Assembly (NCBI GenBank): GCA_964291395.2 | Contig: OZ219858.1 | Span: 1,184,001 to 1,248,000, forward strand | Direction of reading: 5' to 3' | Length of the DNA: 64,000 nucleotides | Origin: Alphaproteobacteria bacterium | Lineage (GTDB): Bacteria; Pseudomonadota; Alphaproteobacteria; UBA2966 | Shown: in pieces, positions 49,642-58,259 of the stretch | How positions within the stretch are numbered: position 1 is the first letter of the stretch | Layout: each line of letters starts with the position of its first letter | Translations under genes and position numbers: made by a program | The notes under the pieces: generated by a model | Database searches by the model: none | What the model was told of the DNA's origin: nothing | The model's input: the letters and a program-made list of their open reading frames with translations, nothing else

Positions 49642-50480
49642 AGCGCAAGCGCATCTACAGCTATGGTGGCAAGTCGGCAACGCGAAATTTTACCGTCGCC
49701 GACATGATCGCGCTCAAGGGTAAGGCGAGGCTCTGCCAGACCTGCCCGGCCACCGAGGAAGAGGCGGCGGCCTGCGAAGCGGTCGGCATCGACGTGCTGA
49801 ACACCTCGGATGCCGACTACCCGGCGGTTCGCGCCGGCGCGCCCGAGACGTTCACCATCGCCGACCTGCCCATGACGGCGCACCAGACGCCGGACGACAT
49901 CCTGCGCGCGGCGGTCAGAGCGGCCGAGGCCGGGGCCGATGCGGTCTACACGCCGCGCAGCCTGCAAACCGTCGAGATGCTGGCGCGGGAGGGTCTGGCG
50001 GTGCAGGGCCATCTCGGTCTGGTACCCAGGCTTTCCACCTGGCGCGGCGGGCTCCGCATCGTCGGCAAGACGGCGGAAGAAGCCCTCGAGCTCTTGGAGG
50101 ATTTTCGCCGGCTCGAGGATGCCGGCGCCTACGCGGCCGAGGTCGAGTGCGTGGCCGCCGAGGCGCTGGCCGCGATCGCCCCGCGATCGAGGCTGGTAAC
50201 CCACTCGATCGGCGCCGGTCCGGCGGGCGACGTGATCTTCATGTTTCTGGTCGACATCTGCGGCGAGCTGGAACGGTCCCCAGGCCACGCCCGGGCATTT
50301 GCTGACCTGCGGTCGATCCGTCAGCAGATCGTTGCCGAGCGTCGGCGCGCGCTCGGCGAGTACCGGGCGGCGGTGACAGACGGCAGTTATCCGGACGCCG
50401 AGATCTCGGTGTCCATGCTGGTGGGCGAGCACGAAAAGCTGGTCGAGGCGCTGGATGCGCGCCCGGTCTTCGCGTCGTGA
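49638..50480 (+). CDS. divergent PanB-like (ketopantoate hydroxymethyltransferase fold) protein
   Basis: Motifs GHLGLVP, GKTAEEA, LEDAGA..EVECV and SIGAG retained; TAYD, GDS and KLEG absent. Confidence 0.8.
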   Translation: MKRKRIYSYGGKSATRNFTVADMIALKGKARLCQTCPATEEEAAACEAVGIDVLNTSDADYPAVRAGAPETFTIADLPMTAHQTPDDILRAAVRAAEAGADAVYTPRSLQTVEMLAREGLAVQGHLGLVPRLSTWRGGLRIVGKTAEEALELLEDFRRLEDAGAYAAEVECVAAEALAAIAPRSRLVTHSIGAGPAGDVIFMFLVDICGELERSPGHARAFADLRSIRQQIVAERRRALGEYRAAVTDGSYPDAEISVSMLVGEHEKLVEALDARPVFAS

Positions 50481-50490
50481 GGGTGTGACG

Positions 50491-50835
50491 ATGGCCGATT
50501 GGATTCACGCCTGCGCCTGTGACGAGATCGACGAAGAGGACCTCATCCGCTGGGACCACGGGGGCCGAACCTACGCGATCTACAACGCCGAGGATGAGTT
50601 CTACTGCACCGACGGCATGTGCACCCACAAGGCGACGCATCTCGAGCAAGGGCTGCTCACGGGACACGTCATCGAGTGCCCGCTGCACCAGGGCCGGTTC
50701 GACATCCGCTCCGGCAAGGTGGTCTCGCCGCCGCCCTGCAGGGAACTCAACACCTACCCGGTCAAGACCGAGAACGGACAGGTCTATGTGCAGGTCGGTT
50801 ACCGCAAGGAAGAGGAGAACTGGGAATCGTCCTGA
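50491..50835 (+). CDS. Rieske [2Fe-2S] ferredoxin (MocE-like)
   Basis: Motif TDGMCTH...IECPLHQGRFD. Confidence 0.92.
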   Translation: MADWIHACACDEIDEEDLIRWDHGGRTYAIYNAEDEFYCTDGMCTHKATHLEQGLLTGHVIECPLHQGRFDIRSGKVVSPPPCRELNTYPVKTENGQVYVQVGYRKEEENWESS

Positions 50836-50865
50836 ATTCGTGTGTCTTAAAACGAGGAAACAACT

Positions 50866-51879
50866 ATGCAAAACTCGCTGAGAAAATGGCTAATCCACGG
50901 TCTGGCTGCCACGGCAATTGCGGCTGCCGGAGCGGCGATGCCGGCACAGGCGAAGGAGAAGTTCATCTTCGCCCACGCCATGAACACCGATCACGTCTTC
51001 CACGCGCTGTCCGAACGCTTCATCTCGGAGCTGAAGGGCAACAAGGCGATCTCGATCGCCTATCACCCGGGCGGCGATCTGGGCGACTGGACGTCGCTGT
51101 TCGAGCAGTCGATGCAGGGCGTCGTTCCGATGACCCTGACCTGGGCGTCGTCCGATTTCGACAAGCGTCTGGACCTCATCTATCTCGGCTACATCGTGTC
51201 CAACTGGAAGGATGCGAAGAAGCTCTATGGACCGGGTGCCGACATGCTCGGGGTCTACAACGACATGCTCGGCGATCTCGGCCTGCACGCGGTCGGCATC
51301 ATCCCGACCGATTTCGGCTCTGTGGTGATCCGCAAGGGCGTCGGCAAGCTGCCGCTTAACTACCCGGGCGACCCGAAGGGTATGAAGATTCGGGTACCAG
51401 GGCTTTCGATCGCCGTCGACCGTTTCAACAGCCTGGGCTTCGCGGCCGTACCGATCCCGCTCTCCGAGGTCCATACCGCGCTGCAGCTCGGCACCGTGGA
51501 TGCGCGTTCGTTCTCGACCGCTGTCGAGACCTACACGCTGCGCGACGTGCTGGAGGCAAACATCCTCACCAACGACTATTTCGAGGTTGCCTTCTGGCTG
51601 GTCAACAAGAAGTGGTGGGACGGGCTCCCGGCCGACGTGCGCGGCGCGTTGCAGGGTGCGGCCGACAACACCATCGCCTGGTCCTGGGAGGAAGCGGAGC
51701 GCAAGAGCAACGAGTTTCTGCAAAAGGCGCGCGACGCCGGCATTAAGGTCGTCGAACTGAACGACGCGCAGATGAGTGCTGCCAAGCAGATCGTCTACGA
51801 CAAGGAGTGGCCAAAGATGGAGTCCGTCGTCGGTAAGGCGACAATGGACAAGATCAGGAAGATCGTCGGTGTCAAGTAG
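50866..51879 (+). CDS. dctP: TRAP transporter substrate-binding protein
   Basis: Signal peptide; motifs GMKIRVP and SEVHTALQLGTVD. Confidence 0.92.
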   Translation: MQNSLRKWLIHGLAATAIAAAGAAMPAQAKEKFIFAHAMNTDHVFHALSERFISELKGNKAISIAYHPGGDLGDWTSLFEQSMQGVVPMTLTWASSDFDKRLDLIYLGYIVSNWKDAKKLYGPGADMLGVYNDMLGDLGLHAVGIIPTDFGSVVIRKGVGKLPLNYPGDPKGMKIRVPGLSIAVDRFNSLGFAAVPIPLSEVHTALQLGTVDARSFSTAVETYTLRDVLEANILTNDYFEVAFWLVNKKWWDGLPADVRGALQGAADNTIAWSWEEAERKSNEFLQKARDAGIKVVELNDAQMSAAKQIVYDKEWPKMESVVGKATMDKIRKIVGVK

Positions 51880-51884
51880 TGTGA

Positions 51885-51930
51885 ACCGGGACGTGTCCCG
51901 GTAAACCACCCGGGCGCCTCGGCGCCCGGG
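51885..51930 (+). other. two stem-loops between dctP and dctQ (mRNA stabiliser or partial terminator)
   Basis: ACCGGGAC-GT-GTCCCGGT and CCCGGGCGCC-TC-GGCGCCCGGG. Confidence 0.55.
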
Positions 51931-51956
51931 CAGTCCATTGAGCACGAGGCGCGCAG

Positions 51957-52601
51957 ATGGACAGGAAATCGGAACAGCACCCGCGCCCGCCGGTCGGCGC
52001 GGACTCCTTTATCTACGATCCTGAGCTCGCATCCTCGGAGCCGCCGCCGCATCTGACAGCGATTCCGGAGGGCGCGCTGGCGGAGAGACTGCGGTTGCTT
52101 ATCGCCGTCGAGGCGGTTTTCGAGCGGATATTTTACGTCTTCATCATCGCGTTCGGGCTCTGTCTCGCTGCCCTGATGTTCACCCAGGTGGTGCTCCGAT
52201 ACGTCTTCGCATCGCCCTTCGTCGGCATCGAGGAGCTCTCGCTCCTGTTCGGCGCTTGGTTCTACTTCCTCGGCATCGCCTATGTAACGCGGAACGGCGA
52301 GCACATACATGGCGGCATCCTGACCATGGTGGTGGCGAACCGGAACGCGATACGCGCGGTCCGGCTCGCCATGACCGTGCTCGGCATCGCGGCCTGCGTG
52401 GTGTTCGGTTACTTCGCCATCAACTATGCCCTGTTTGAGATCCAGACCGGCCGGCTCAGCTCCTACATGCGCTGGCCCAAGGGCTGGTGGTCGGCGTCCC
52501 TCATCATCGGCTTCATCGGCACCGCGTTGTACATGGTGCTCCAGGCCGTGAACCAGGCGGTCGACCTCGTCGTCTACCTGCGCGAGGAGACGGAGGTATA
52601 G
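51957..52601 (+). CDS. dctQ: TRAP transporter small permease
   Basis: Motifs QVVLRYVF, EELS, GEHI; four TM segments. Confidence 0.9.
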   Translation: MDRKSEQHPRPPVGADSFIYDPELASSEPPPHLTAIPEGALAERLRLLIAVEAVFERIFYVFIIAFGLCLAALMFTQVVLRYVFASPFVGIEELSLLFGAWFYFLGIAYVTRNGEHIHGGILTMVVANRNAIRAVRLAMTVLGIAACVVFGYFAINYALFEIQTGRLSSYMRWPKGWWSASLIIGFIGTALYMVLQAVNQAVDLVVYLREETEV

Positions 52602-52603
52602 CC

Positions 52604-53908
52604 ATGCTGGCCTTCGTGATCTCCCTTGCGCTCATCGTCTTGCTGTTGCTCGCGGAGATGCCGATCGCCTTCGCCTTCGGGATCGGCGCGCTGGTCTTCG
52701 GCGTCTGGTCGGGATCGGACGTGTCATTCCTCATCCCCTACGCTTACCAGACCACCTCAAGCTTCGCCCTGCTCGCCTTGCCCCTGTTCGTCATGGCCGG
52801 GACGCTGATGGCACAGGGCGGGATCTCGGACCGCCTTCTCGCCTTCGTCAACGCCTTCATCGGCCGGCTCAAGGGCGGGCTCGGGGCTGTGACGGTGGTG
52901 ACCTGTGCGCTGTTCGGGGCGATCTCCGGCTCGTCGTCGGCCGCCATCGCGGCGATCGGCCAGATCATGATCCCGCGTATGATCAAGGAGGGATATCCGG
53001 CCGGCCACGCCACCGCGCTGGTCGCCTGCTCGTCGGTCCTCGCGTTGATGATTCCGCCCTCGATCCCGATGATCGTCTTCGCGGTGACCGGGGGGATTTC
53101 CGTAGGTGCGGCCTTCCTCTCGACCGTGATCCCGGGCGCCATCCTGACCCTCGTCTATGTCGGTCTTAACTTTCTGTTCCTGAGAAAGGTCGACACGATC
53201 ACCGTCGAGGAGCGGATTTCTCTGCCACAGGCGGTGAGGCGGATCGGCCGGACCGGCAAGGAAGCCTTCTGGGCGCTGCTGATGCCGGTCATCATCCTCG
53301 GGACCATCTACTCCGGCATCGCCACGCCGACCGAGGCCGCCGCCATTGCGCTGGTCTTCGCGCTTGCCGTTGGGTTCCTGATCTATCGCGGGCTCACGTT
53401 CAGCAACTTCCCCTCGACCATGGCCCGCGCCGCGATCACCACCGGATCGATCGTCGCCGTGCTGTTCTTCCTGTTCGTGATGAGCCGCGCGATGATCCTC
53501 CAGCAGGTGCCGAAGGAGGTCGCCGACACGCTGGTCGCGTTGACCGAGAACCGGATCCTCGCGCTGCTGATCATCAACGTCATTCTGCTGCTGATCGGCA
53601 TGATCGTCGACGACGTGTCCGGCAGCGTCCTTGCCGCAATCGTCCTGTTGCCGGTGGCAACGGAGATCGGTGTGCATCCCATCCACTTCGCGGCCATCGT
53701 CGGCACCAATCTCGGCCTGGGCAACGTTTCGCCGCCCTGCGCGCCGATGCTCTACATGGCGGCCGGGGTGAGCAAGCTCACGCTGGACAAGTACTTCATG
53801 CCGACCATGAAACTCCTGACGTTCGGCCACCTTCCGATGGTACTCATCGTCACATTCATCCCCGAACTCTCGCTCACCCTGCCGAGGATGATCCTGGGGA
53901 TCGCGTAG
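52604..53908 (+). CDS. dctM: TRAP transporter large permease
   Basis: Motifs LLALPLF, GAISGSS, IPPSIP, ATPTEA, SPP. Confidence 0.93.
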   Translation: MLAFVISLALIVLLLLAEMPIAFAFGIGALVFGVWSGSDVSFLIPYAYQTTSSFALLALPLFVMAGTLMAQGGISDRLLAFVNAFIGRLKGGLGAVTVVTCALFGAISGSSSAAIAAIGQIMIPRMIKEGYPAGHATALVACSSVLALMIPPSIPMIVFAVTGGISVGAAFLSTVIPGAILTLVYVGLNFLFLRKVDTITVEERISLPQAVRRIGRTGKEAFWALLMPVIILGTIYSGIATPTEAAAIALVFALAVGFLIYRGLTFSNFPSTMARAAITTGSIVAVLFFLFVMSRAMILQQVPKEVADTLVALTENRILALLIINVILLLIGMIVDDVSGSVLAAIVLLPVATEIGVHPIHFAAIVGTNLGLGNVSPPCAPMLYMAAGVSKLTLDKYFMPTMKLLTFGHLPMVLIVTFIPELSLTLPRMILGIA

Positions 53909-53979
53909 TCGAACGAAGCGCGCCGCTTGAGACGGCGTACCACGTCGTCGTCGAGTTGCCGCACGTTGATGGTCGCCAT
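53909..53979 (-). pseudogene. FitA/Arc-like ribbon-helix-helix antitoxin remnant
   Basis: MATINVRQLDDDVVRRLKRRAS, cut off at the dctM stop. Confidence 0.7.
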
Positions 53980-53997
53980 CGCACTGTTTTCCAGCAC

Positions 53998-54018
53998 ATG
54001 CTATCAAAATGACGGCAT
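53998..54018. promoter_or_regulatory. FitA-type operator inverted repeat
   Basis: ATGCTATCA-AAA-TGACGGCAT directly upstream of the remnant. Confidence 0.5.
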
Positions 54019-54126
54019 GCCGTGCCGGAACGGCAAGCGCCACGTCGGCGAGCAATGGGACCTTTGTGTTCACCGCCCGACCGCTTCCCGTGCCGACGCC
54101 CGGAAGCCGCGTAAAGCGCGGGGCTC

Positions 54127-55443
54127 TCAGAAGAAGACGTAGGAGCGGACCACGACGTTCTTGCGGCAGGGCGCGTCGGCGGGCGCGGTCGGGTCGATGC
54201 AGGCCGTGTGGAAGGACCAGCGCGACACGGAGCCGTCGGTGACGGAGTCGTAGCACTTGAGCATCGAGACTTCGGTCGGTTTCTGCCGGGGAAACCAGTA
54301 CCACTCGTGGTCGGGGCGGTAGGTGAAGCGGGTGGTCTCACCGACGCGGTCGTCGTAGACGCGATAGTTCGTGATGTAGGGCTGGTCGGCGAAAGAGGGC
54401 CAGGCGCACAGCACGAAGGGGAACTGACCCACGGTCTCCATCGGCTTGGCAAGGTTGAGCGACATGAAGCGCCGCGACATCTTCGCTTCGGCCTCCGCCT
54501 CCGTGTAATGCTGCTCGCGCCCGAAGTTCCGCAGATTCATCGTCAGCAGCTCGCGGCAGCGCACGCGGCCGCTGTTGTCGTTCAGGTCGTTGTGCACGAG
54601 GTTGACGTAACTGGCGTTCACGCCCGGGTTCTTGGCGTCCTGGTCTTCCGTGCGGTCGCCCTGATAATCCTTGTCGAAGACGTCGTGGTTGTAGACGAGC
54701 GCATCGGTGGCATCCGGGAAAAACTCCAGAAGGAGCTTCTCGATCTCCGGGTAGAACACACGCTCCACCTCCGCCGAGTCGTAGAAGTTCCTGCAACTGG
54801 ACTTGAAGTGGGCCAGGGAGACGCCAAGCTTGTCCATACATTCGGGACTGTCGACCGATAGACCCGGATAGTACTCTCCGATGCGCCGCCCATCGCGCAC
54901 CACCTGCGGGAAGTAGAGACTGCGATCCCGGTTGTACTCTTCGGCCTCGCCCAACAGCTTCGCCTCGGCCTCACGCGCCGGATCCTGCCAGAGCGAGTTG
55001 GACGGCACGATGATGTAGGACGGTCGCTCGTAGACGGTGTAGCGCAGCGGAAGCGCCAAGCCGCCTTCAGGGGCTTCGATCTTGTTCGCCAGAATATAGT
55101 CGAGGCAGTCCTCATACTCACGGAATCCAAGGCCCCACTTGGTCTCGATGGGTCCCTGGGGCGTACTTTCGATCCAATCGATAAACGCTTTCGCATGCCC
55201 TTCGGCAATCTGGTCGAGCGCCGCCTCGATCGCCGCGCCTGTTCCCGCATCTCCGTCCCGATCGAATGACATGTAGGACAATCCGCCATTCGCTGCGATG
55301 GGCGGGGGCTGTCCTTCCGTGAGTTGGAGGGGCGGCACATAGACCGATGAACATGCCTCCTCATCCGTGGCAACGTGATCCTCGATGGTTTCGTGAGGTT
55401 TCAAAGCATGTCCTCCGGTCAAAGACCCGTCGTCACGATACAT
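54127..55443 (-). CDS. CmcJ/NvfI-like oxidoreductase with long N-terminal extension
   Basis: Motifs FYPEIEKLL, VHND, WYWFP, LKCYDS, FHTA, VVRSYVFF; start uncertain. Confidence 0.7.
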   Translation of the reverse strand: MYRDDGSLTGGHALKPHETIEDHVATDEEACSSVYVPPLQLTEGQPPPIAANGGLSYMSFDRDGDAGTGAAIEAALDQIAEGHAKAFIDWIESTPQGPIETKWGLGFREYEDCLDYILANKIEAPEGGLALPLRYTVYERPSYIIVPSNSLWQDPAREAEAKLLGEAEEYNRDRSLYFPQVVRDGRRIGEYYPGLSVDSPECMDKLGVSLAHFKSSCRNFYDSAEVERVFYPEIEKLLLEFFPDATDALVYNHDVFDKDYQGDRTEDQDAKNPGVNASYVNLVHNDLNDNSGRVRCRELLTMNLRNFGREQHYTEAEAEAKMSRRFMSLNLAKPMETVGQFPFVLCAWPSFADQPYITNYRVYDDRVGETTRFTYRPDHEWYWFPRQKPTEVSMLKCYDSVTDGSVSRWSFHTACIDPTAPADAPCRKNVVVRSYVFF

Positions 55444-55684
55444 AGGATAGGCAAATTCCGAGACTCGAGCCCGATCGAGGTGATTGTATCGCAGTCCTTC
55501 AGTACGTGTAGCCGCGTAGCCGCGCTTTGGGCAAGATTGCGTCGGTCACCAATCTTCTGTTGCCGCATCTATCCGCTCCAAAAGGCCTACCCCAACCTCG
55601 TCGGGACCGGCCGCCTCGAGGCGAACGCCGGGCGGCTCTCGCGGGTCCGGACGTGAGCCGATCCGAGCGATCGTTGATCTCCCA

Positions 55685-55697
55685 TAACCTGTTGATA
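55685..55697 (-). promoter_or_regulatory. IHF consensus site
   Basis: Minus strand TATCAA-CAGG-TTA is a perfect WATCAA-N4-TTR match. Confidence 0.5.
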
Positions 55698-55752
55698 TAA
55701 AAGAGTTTTGAATCGAACTTTGCGATAGCTGAACGCGGGAGCGCAGATCATT

Positions 55753-56517
55753 ATGCGATTGGCGGGAAAGGTCGCCCTGCTCACCGGGGGCGGTGGCGGA
55801 ATCGGCGGGGCGACGGCCGTTCGCTTCGCGGAGGAAGGCGCGCGGGTCGTCGTCGGCGACATCAATCGGGAGCTCGGCGCCGAGGTGGCAGCAAAAGCCA
55901 AGGAAGCCGCAGGAAACAACGGCGGCGACGCGATCTTCGTCGGGCTCGACGTCACCGAGCACGACAGCGTCAGGAACGCAGTCGACACGGCCGTGGACCG
56001 CTATGGCGGGCTCCACGTGCTCTACAACCTGGCCGGCGGATCGACCCCGGAGGACGGTCCGGTGACGGAAGTGAGCGACGAGGAGTTCTGGCGCTGCATC
56101 AAGCTCGATCTGTTCGGCACCTTCCTCTGCTGCAAGTACGGCATCCCGGCGATCGAGAAGTCCGGCGGCGGCTCGGTCATCAACATGTCCTCGAACGTGG
56201 CGCTGATGGCCGTGCTGGGGCGGGATTCGTACACGGCCGCGAAGGGTGGCGTGGCCGCGCTGACCCGCTCGCTCGCGGTGCAGTACGCGCCAGGCAGGGT
56301 CCGCGTCAACGCCATCGCGCCCTCGATCACGCTCTCCGAGAGAGTGAAGAAGTTTCTTGAGATTTCCCCCGATCTGCAGAGCCTTGCGGACCAGCATCTG
56401 CTCGGACCCGGGCAGCCCATCCACGTCGCCAACATGGCGGTCTACCTGGCCTCGGACGAGTCCGAGATCACCACGGGACAGGTCATTTCGGTCGACAGCG
56501 GCGTGACCATCTACTGA
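55753..56517 (+). CDS. SDR family oxidoreductase (paralog of 42264-43037)
   Basis: Motifs TGGGGGIG, INMSS, YTAAK. Confidence 0.93.
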   Translation: MRLAGKVALLTGGGGGIGGATAVRFAEEGARVVVGDINRELGAEVAAKAKEAAGNNGGDAIFVGLDVTEHDSVRNAVDTAVDRYGGLHVLYNLAGGSTPEDGPVTEVSDEEFWRCIKLDLFGTFLCCKYGIPAIEKSGGGSVINMSSNVALMAVLGRDSYTAAKGGVAALTRSLAVQYAPGRVRVNAIAPSITLSERVKKFLEISPDLQSLADQHLLGPGQPIHVANMAVYLASDESEITTGQVISVDSGVTIY

Positions 56518-56595
56518 GGTTTTCCCGGCCGCTCCGGCATTCTCCGCCGATCGCGGCGGCGGCCCAAACGTCAATCCGCCGAAACGCGATCCGTG

Positions 56596-57762
56596 CTAAA
56601 AGCTCGCGCCGGCGATGCCGATGGTGGATTGTCCGGTGCCGAAAAGTTCCGTGTAGGTGGCCTTGCCGTTGGCGACGGCGAGGATCTCCTCGTAGATGCG
56701 CCGGCCGCCTTCCTCGATCGAGATCTCTCCGGTCAGGATGCCGCTCACCGAGACGTCCAGGTCGTCCGGCGCGTTCCCGGCCGTCGCAGGGTTGCCGCTG
56801 ATCTTGACCGTGGGGACGAACGGATGCGCCGAGGGCTGTCCGAGGCCGGTGTTGAACCCGATGATCTGGGCCCCGCCGGCCGCCAGGCCCGTCATCGACT
56901 CGCAGGCCGGCGACGGCGTGCTCATGAAATAAAAGCCGGGCGGGTCGGGGATGACCGGGTCGCAGTACCCCACGACGCCCTGCAGGGGCTTGCTGCCGCC
57001 TTTCTTGACCGCGCCGAGGGACTTTTCCGCAAGCGTCGTCAGGCCGCCCTCGATGTTGTCGGCCGAAGGATTGCCGCGGCGGATGTCGGGGACACCCGCC
57101 CGGCGGGCCAGCTCCTCCATCTCGGCGATGGCGTCGATGATATCGGAGGCCGCCTTGTCGTCGACGGCACGCTCGGCCATGAGGTGTTCGGCCCCCATGA
57201 TCTCGGCGGTCTCCGACAGCACGACCGAGCCGCCGGCCTCCATGAGCAGGTCCGCGGCGTGGCCGAGGGCGGGATTCCCGGCGATGCCGCTCGAGAAGTC
57301 GGAGCCGCCGCACTCGACCCCCATGACGAGACTGGAGAGCGGCTGCTCGCTGCGCTGTACGCCGGATACCTTCTTGGCCATCTTCGCGGCGATCAGCGTG
57401 CCCTGTTCGATGGTGCGGAGCGTGCCGCCGATGTCCTGATAGACGACACACTCCACGTCCTTGCCCGCCGCGGCGATGGGTTCGGCGAACGTCTCGGCGG
57501 AGACACCGTGGAGCGTCACCAGGATCACGCCGCCGAGATTCGGGTTCGTGGCCATGCCATGGATCGCCTTGAGACGCATTTCGTGGTTGAGCCCGATCAG
57601 CTTGCGGCCGAAGAGGTCGGTGACGAGCTCGGTGCCGCGGACGTTCCCGGCGATCTTGCGGGAGATGCCGTTGACGTTGTCCATCAGCGCGATGACGCCG
57701 ACGGTGTTCCGGATGCCGGCGGACCCGTCGCTGCGCGGATAACCATGGAACATGGGGCTCAC
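56596..57762 (-). CDS. UxaA-family dehydratase/sulfo-lyase large subunit (SuyB-like)
   Basis: Motifs GYPRSDGSAGIRN, NPN, ECGGSD, SETAE, GGLTTLAEKSLGA. Confidence 0.85.
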   Translation of the reverse strand: MSPMFHGYPRSDGSAGIRNTVGVIALMDNVNGISRKIAGNVRGTELVTDLFGRKLIGLNHEMRLKAIHGMATNPNLGGVILVTLHGVSAETFAEPIAAAGKDVECVVYQDIGGTLRTIEQGTLIAAKMAKKVSGVQRSEQPLSSLVMGVECGGSDFSSGIAGNPALGHAADLLMEAGGSVVLSETAEIMGAEHLMAERAVDDKAASDIIDAIAEMEELARRAGVPDIRRGNPSADNIEGGLTTLAEKSLGAVKKGGSKPLQGVVGYCDPVIPDPPGFYFMSTPSPACESMTGLAAGGAQIIGFNTGLGQPSAHPFVPTVKISGNPATAGNAPDDLDVSVSGILTGEISIEEGGRRIYEEILAVANGKATYTELFGTGQSTIGIAGASF

Positions 57763-57813
57763 GCCTCCCGCGCCGTTCGTTCCGCAACGAATGGAACCAT
57801 CGCTCTCACCAGC

Positions 57814-58095
57814 CTAGTCTACGACGTTGTGGGTGTGGACGTGTTGGCCCGGCGCGACCGCGGTGGACGCCTTGCCGATGACCTCGCCGTACTTGCGGAC
57901 GGCATCGCCGCTGGCGATCTCCTCGAGCGCGATCTTGTGGCCGCGCGGGATGGCGTCGGCGGCCGTTACGGTGATGACGTCCGGCCCCGACTTCACCGAG
58001 ACATCCGCGCCGGCCTCGACGGCGTGAAGGCAGGTCGCGACGTTGTCGCTCGTGTCGACGGCGATGGCATCGATCGCGGCGCCGGCGGAGGTCAC
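57814..58095 (-). CDS. UxaA-family SAF-domain small subunit (SuyA-like)
   Basis: Motifs DNVAT, IPRGHKIAL, VRKYGEVIG, HVHTHNV. Confidence 0.88.
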   Translation of the reverse strand: MTSAGAAIDAIAVDTSDNVATCLHAVEAGADVSVKSGPDVITVTAADAIPRGHKIALEEIASGDAVRKYGEVIGKASTAVAPGQHVHTHNVVD

Positions 58096-58217
58096 GCGAC
58101 CGACGCTCCGGATTCCGCGGCGAGGCTGTCCCGCGTCCAGGCCCGAGGCTCCCCCACCGACCGGCGCAGGATCCCGGTGGGCTGGTCCCGGGCCTCCAGT
58201 TCACGATCGACGGTCAT
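58092..58217 (-). pseudogene. 41-aa mini-ORF, probable internally deleted TauD/TfdA-like gene
   Basis: GAGGAG RBS; MTVDRELEARDQPTGILRRSVGEPRAWTRDSL...; stop overlaps the next GTG (GTGA). Confidence 0.45.
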
Positions 58218-58259
58218 GGTCCGCTCCTCGCGATCGTCGTGAGCCGGCAGAACGGGTCC

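Noticed and set aside
49638-50480. Canonical panB
   Set aside because: Key metal and substrate motifs are missing, there is no panC, and the context is catabolic
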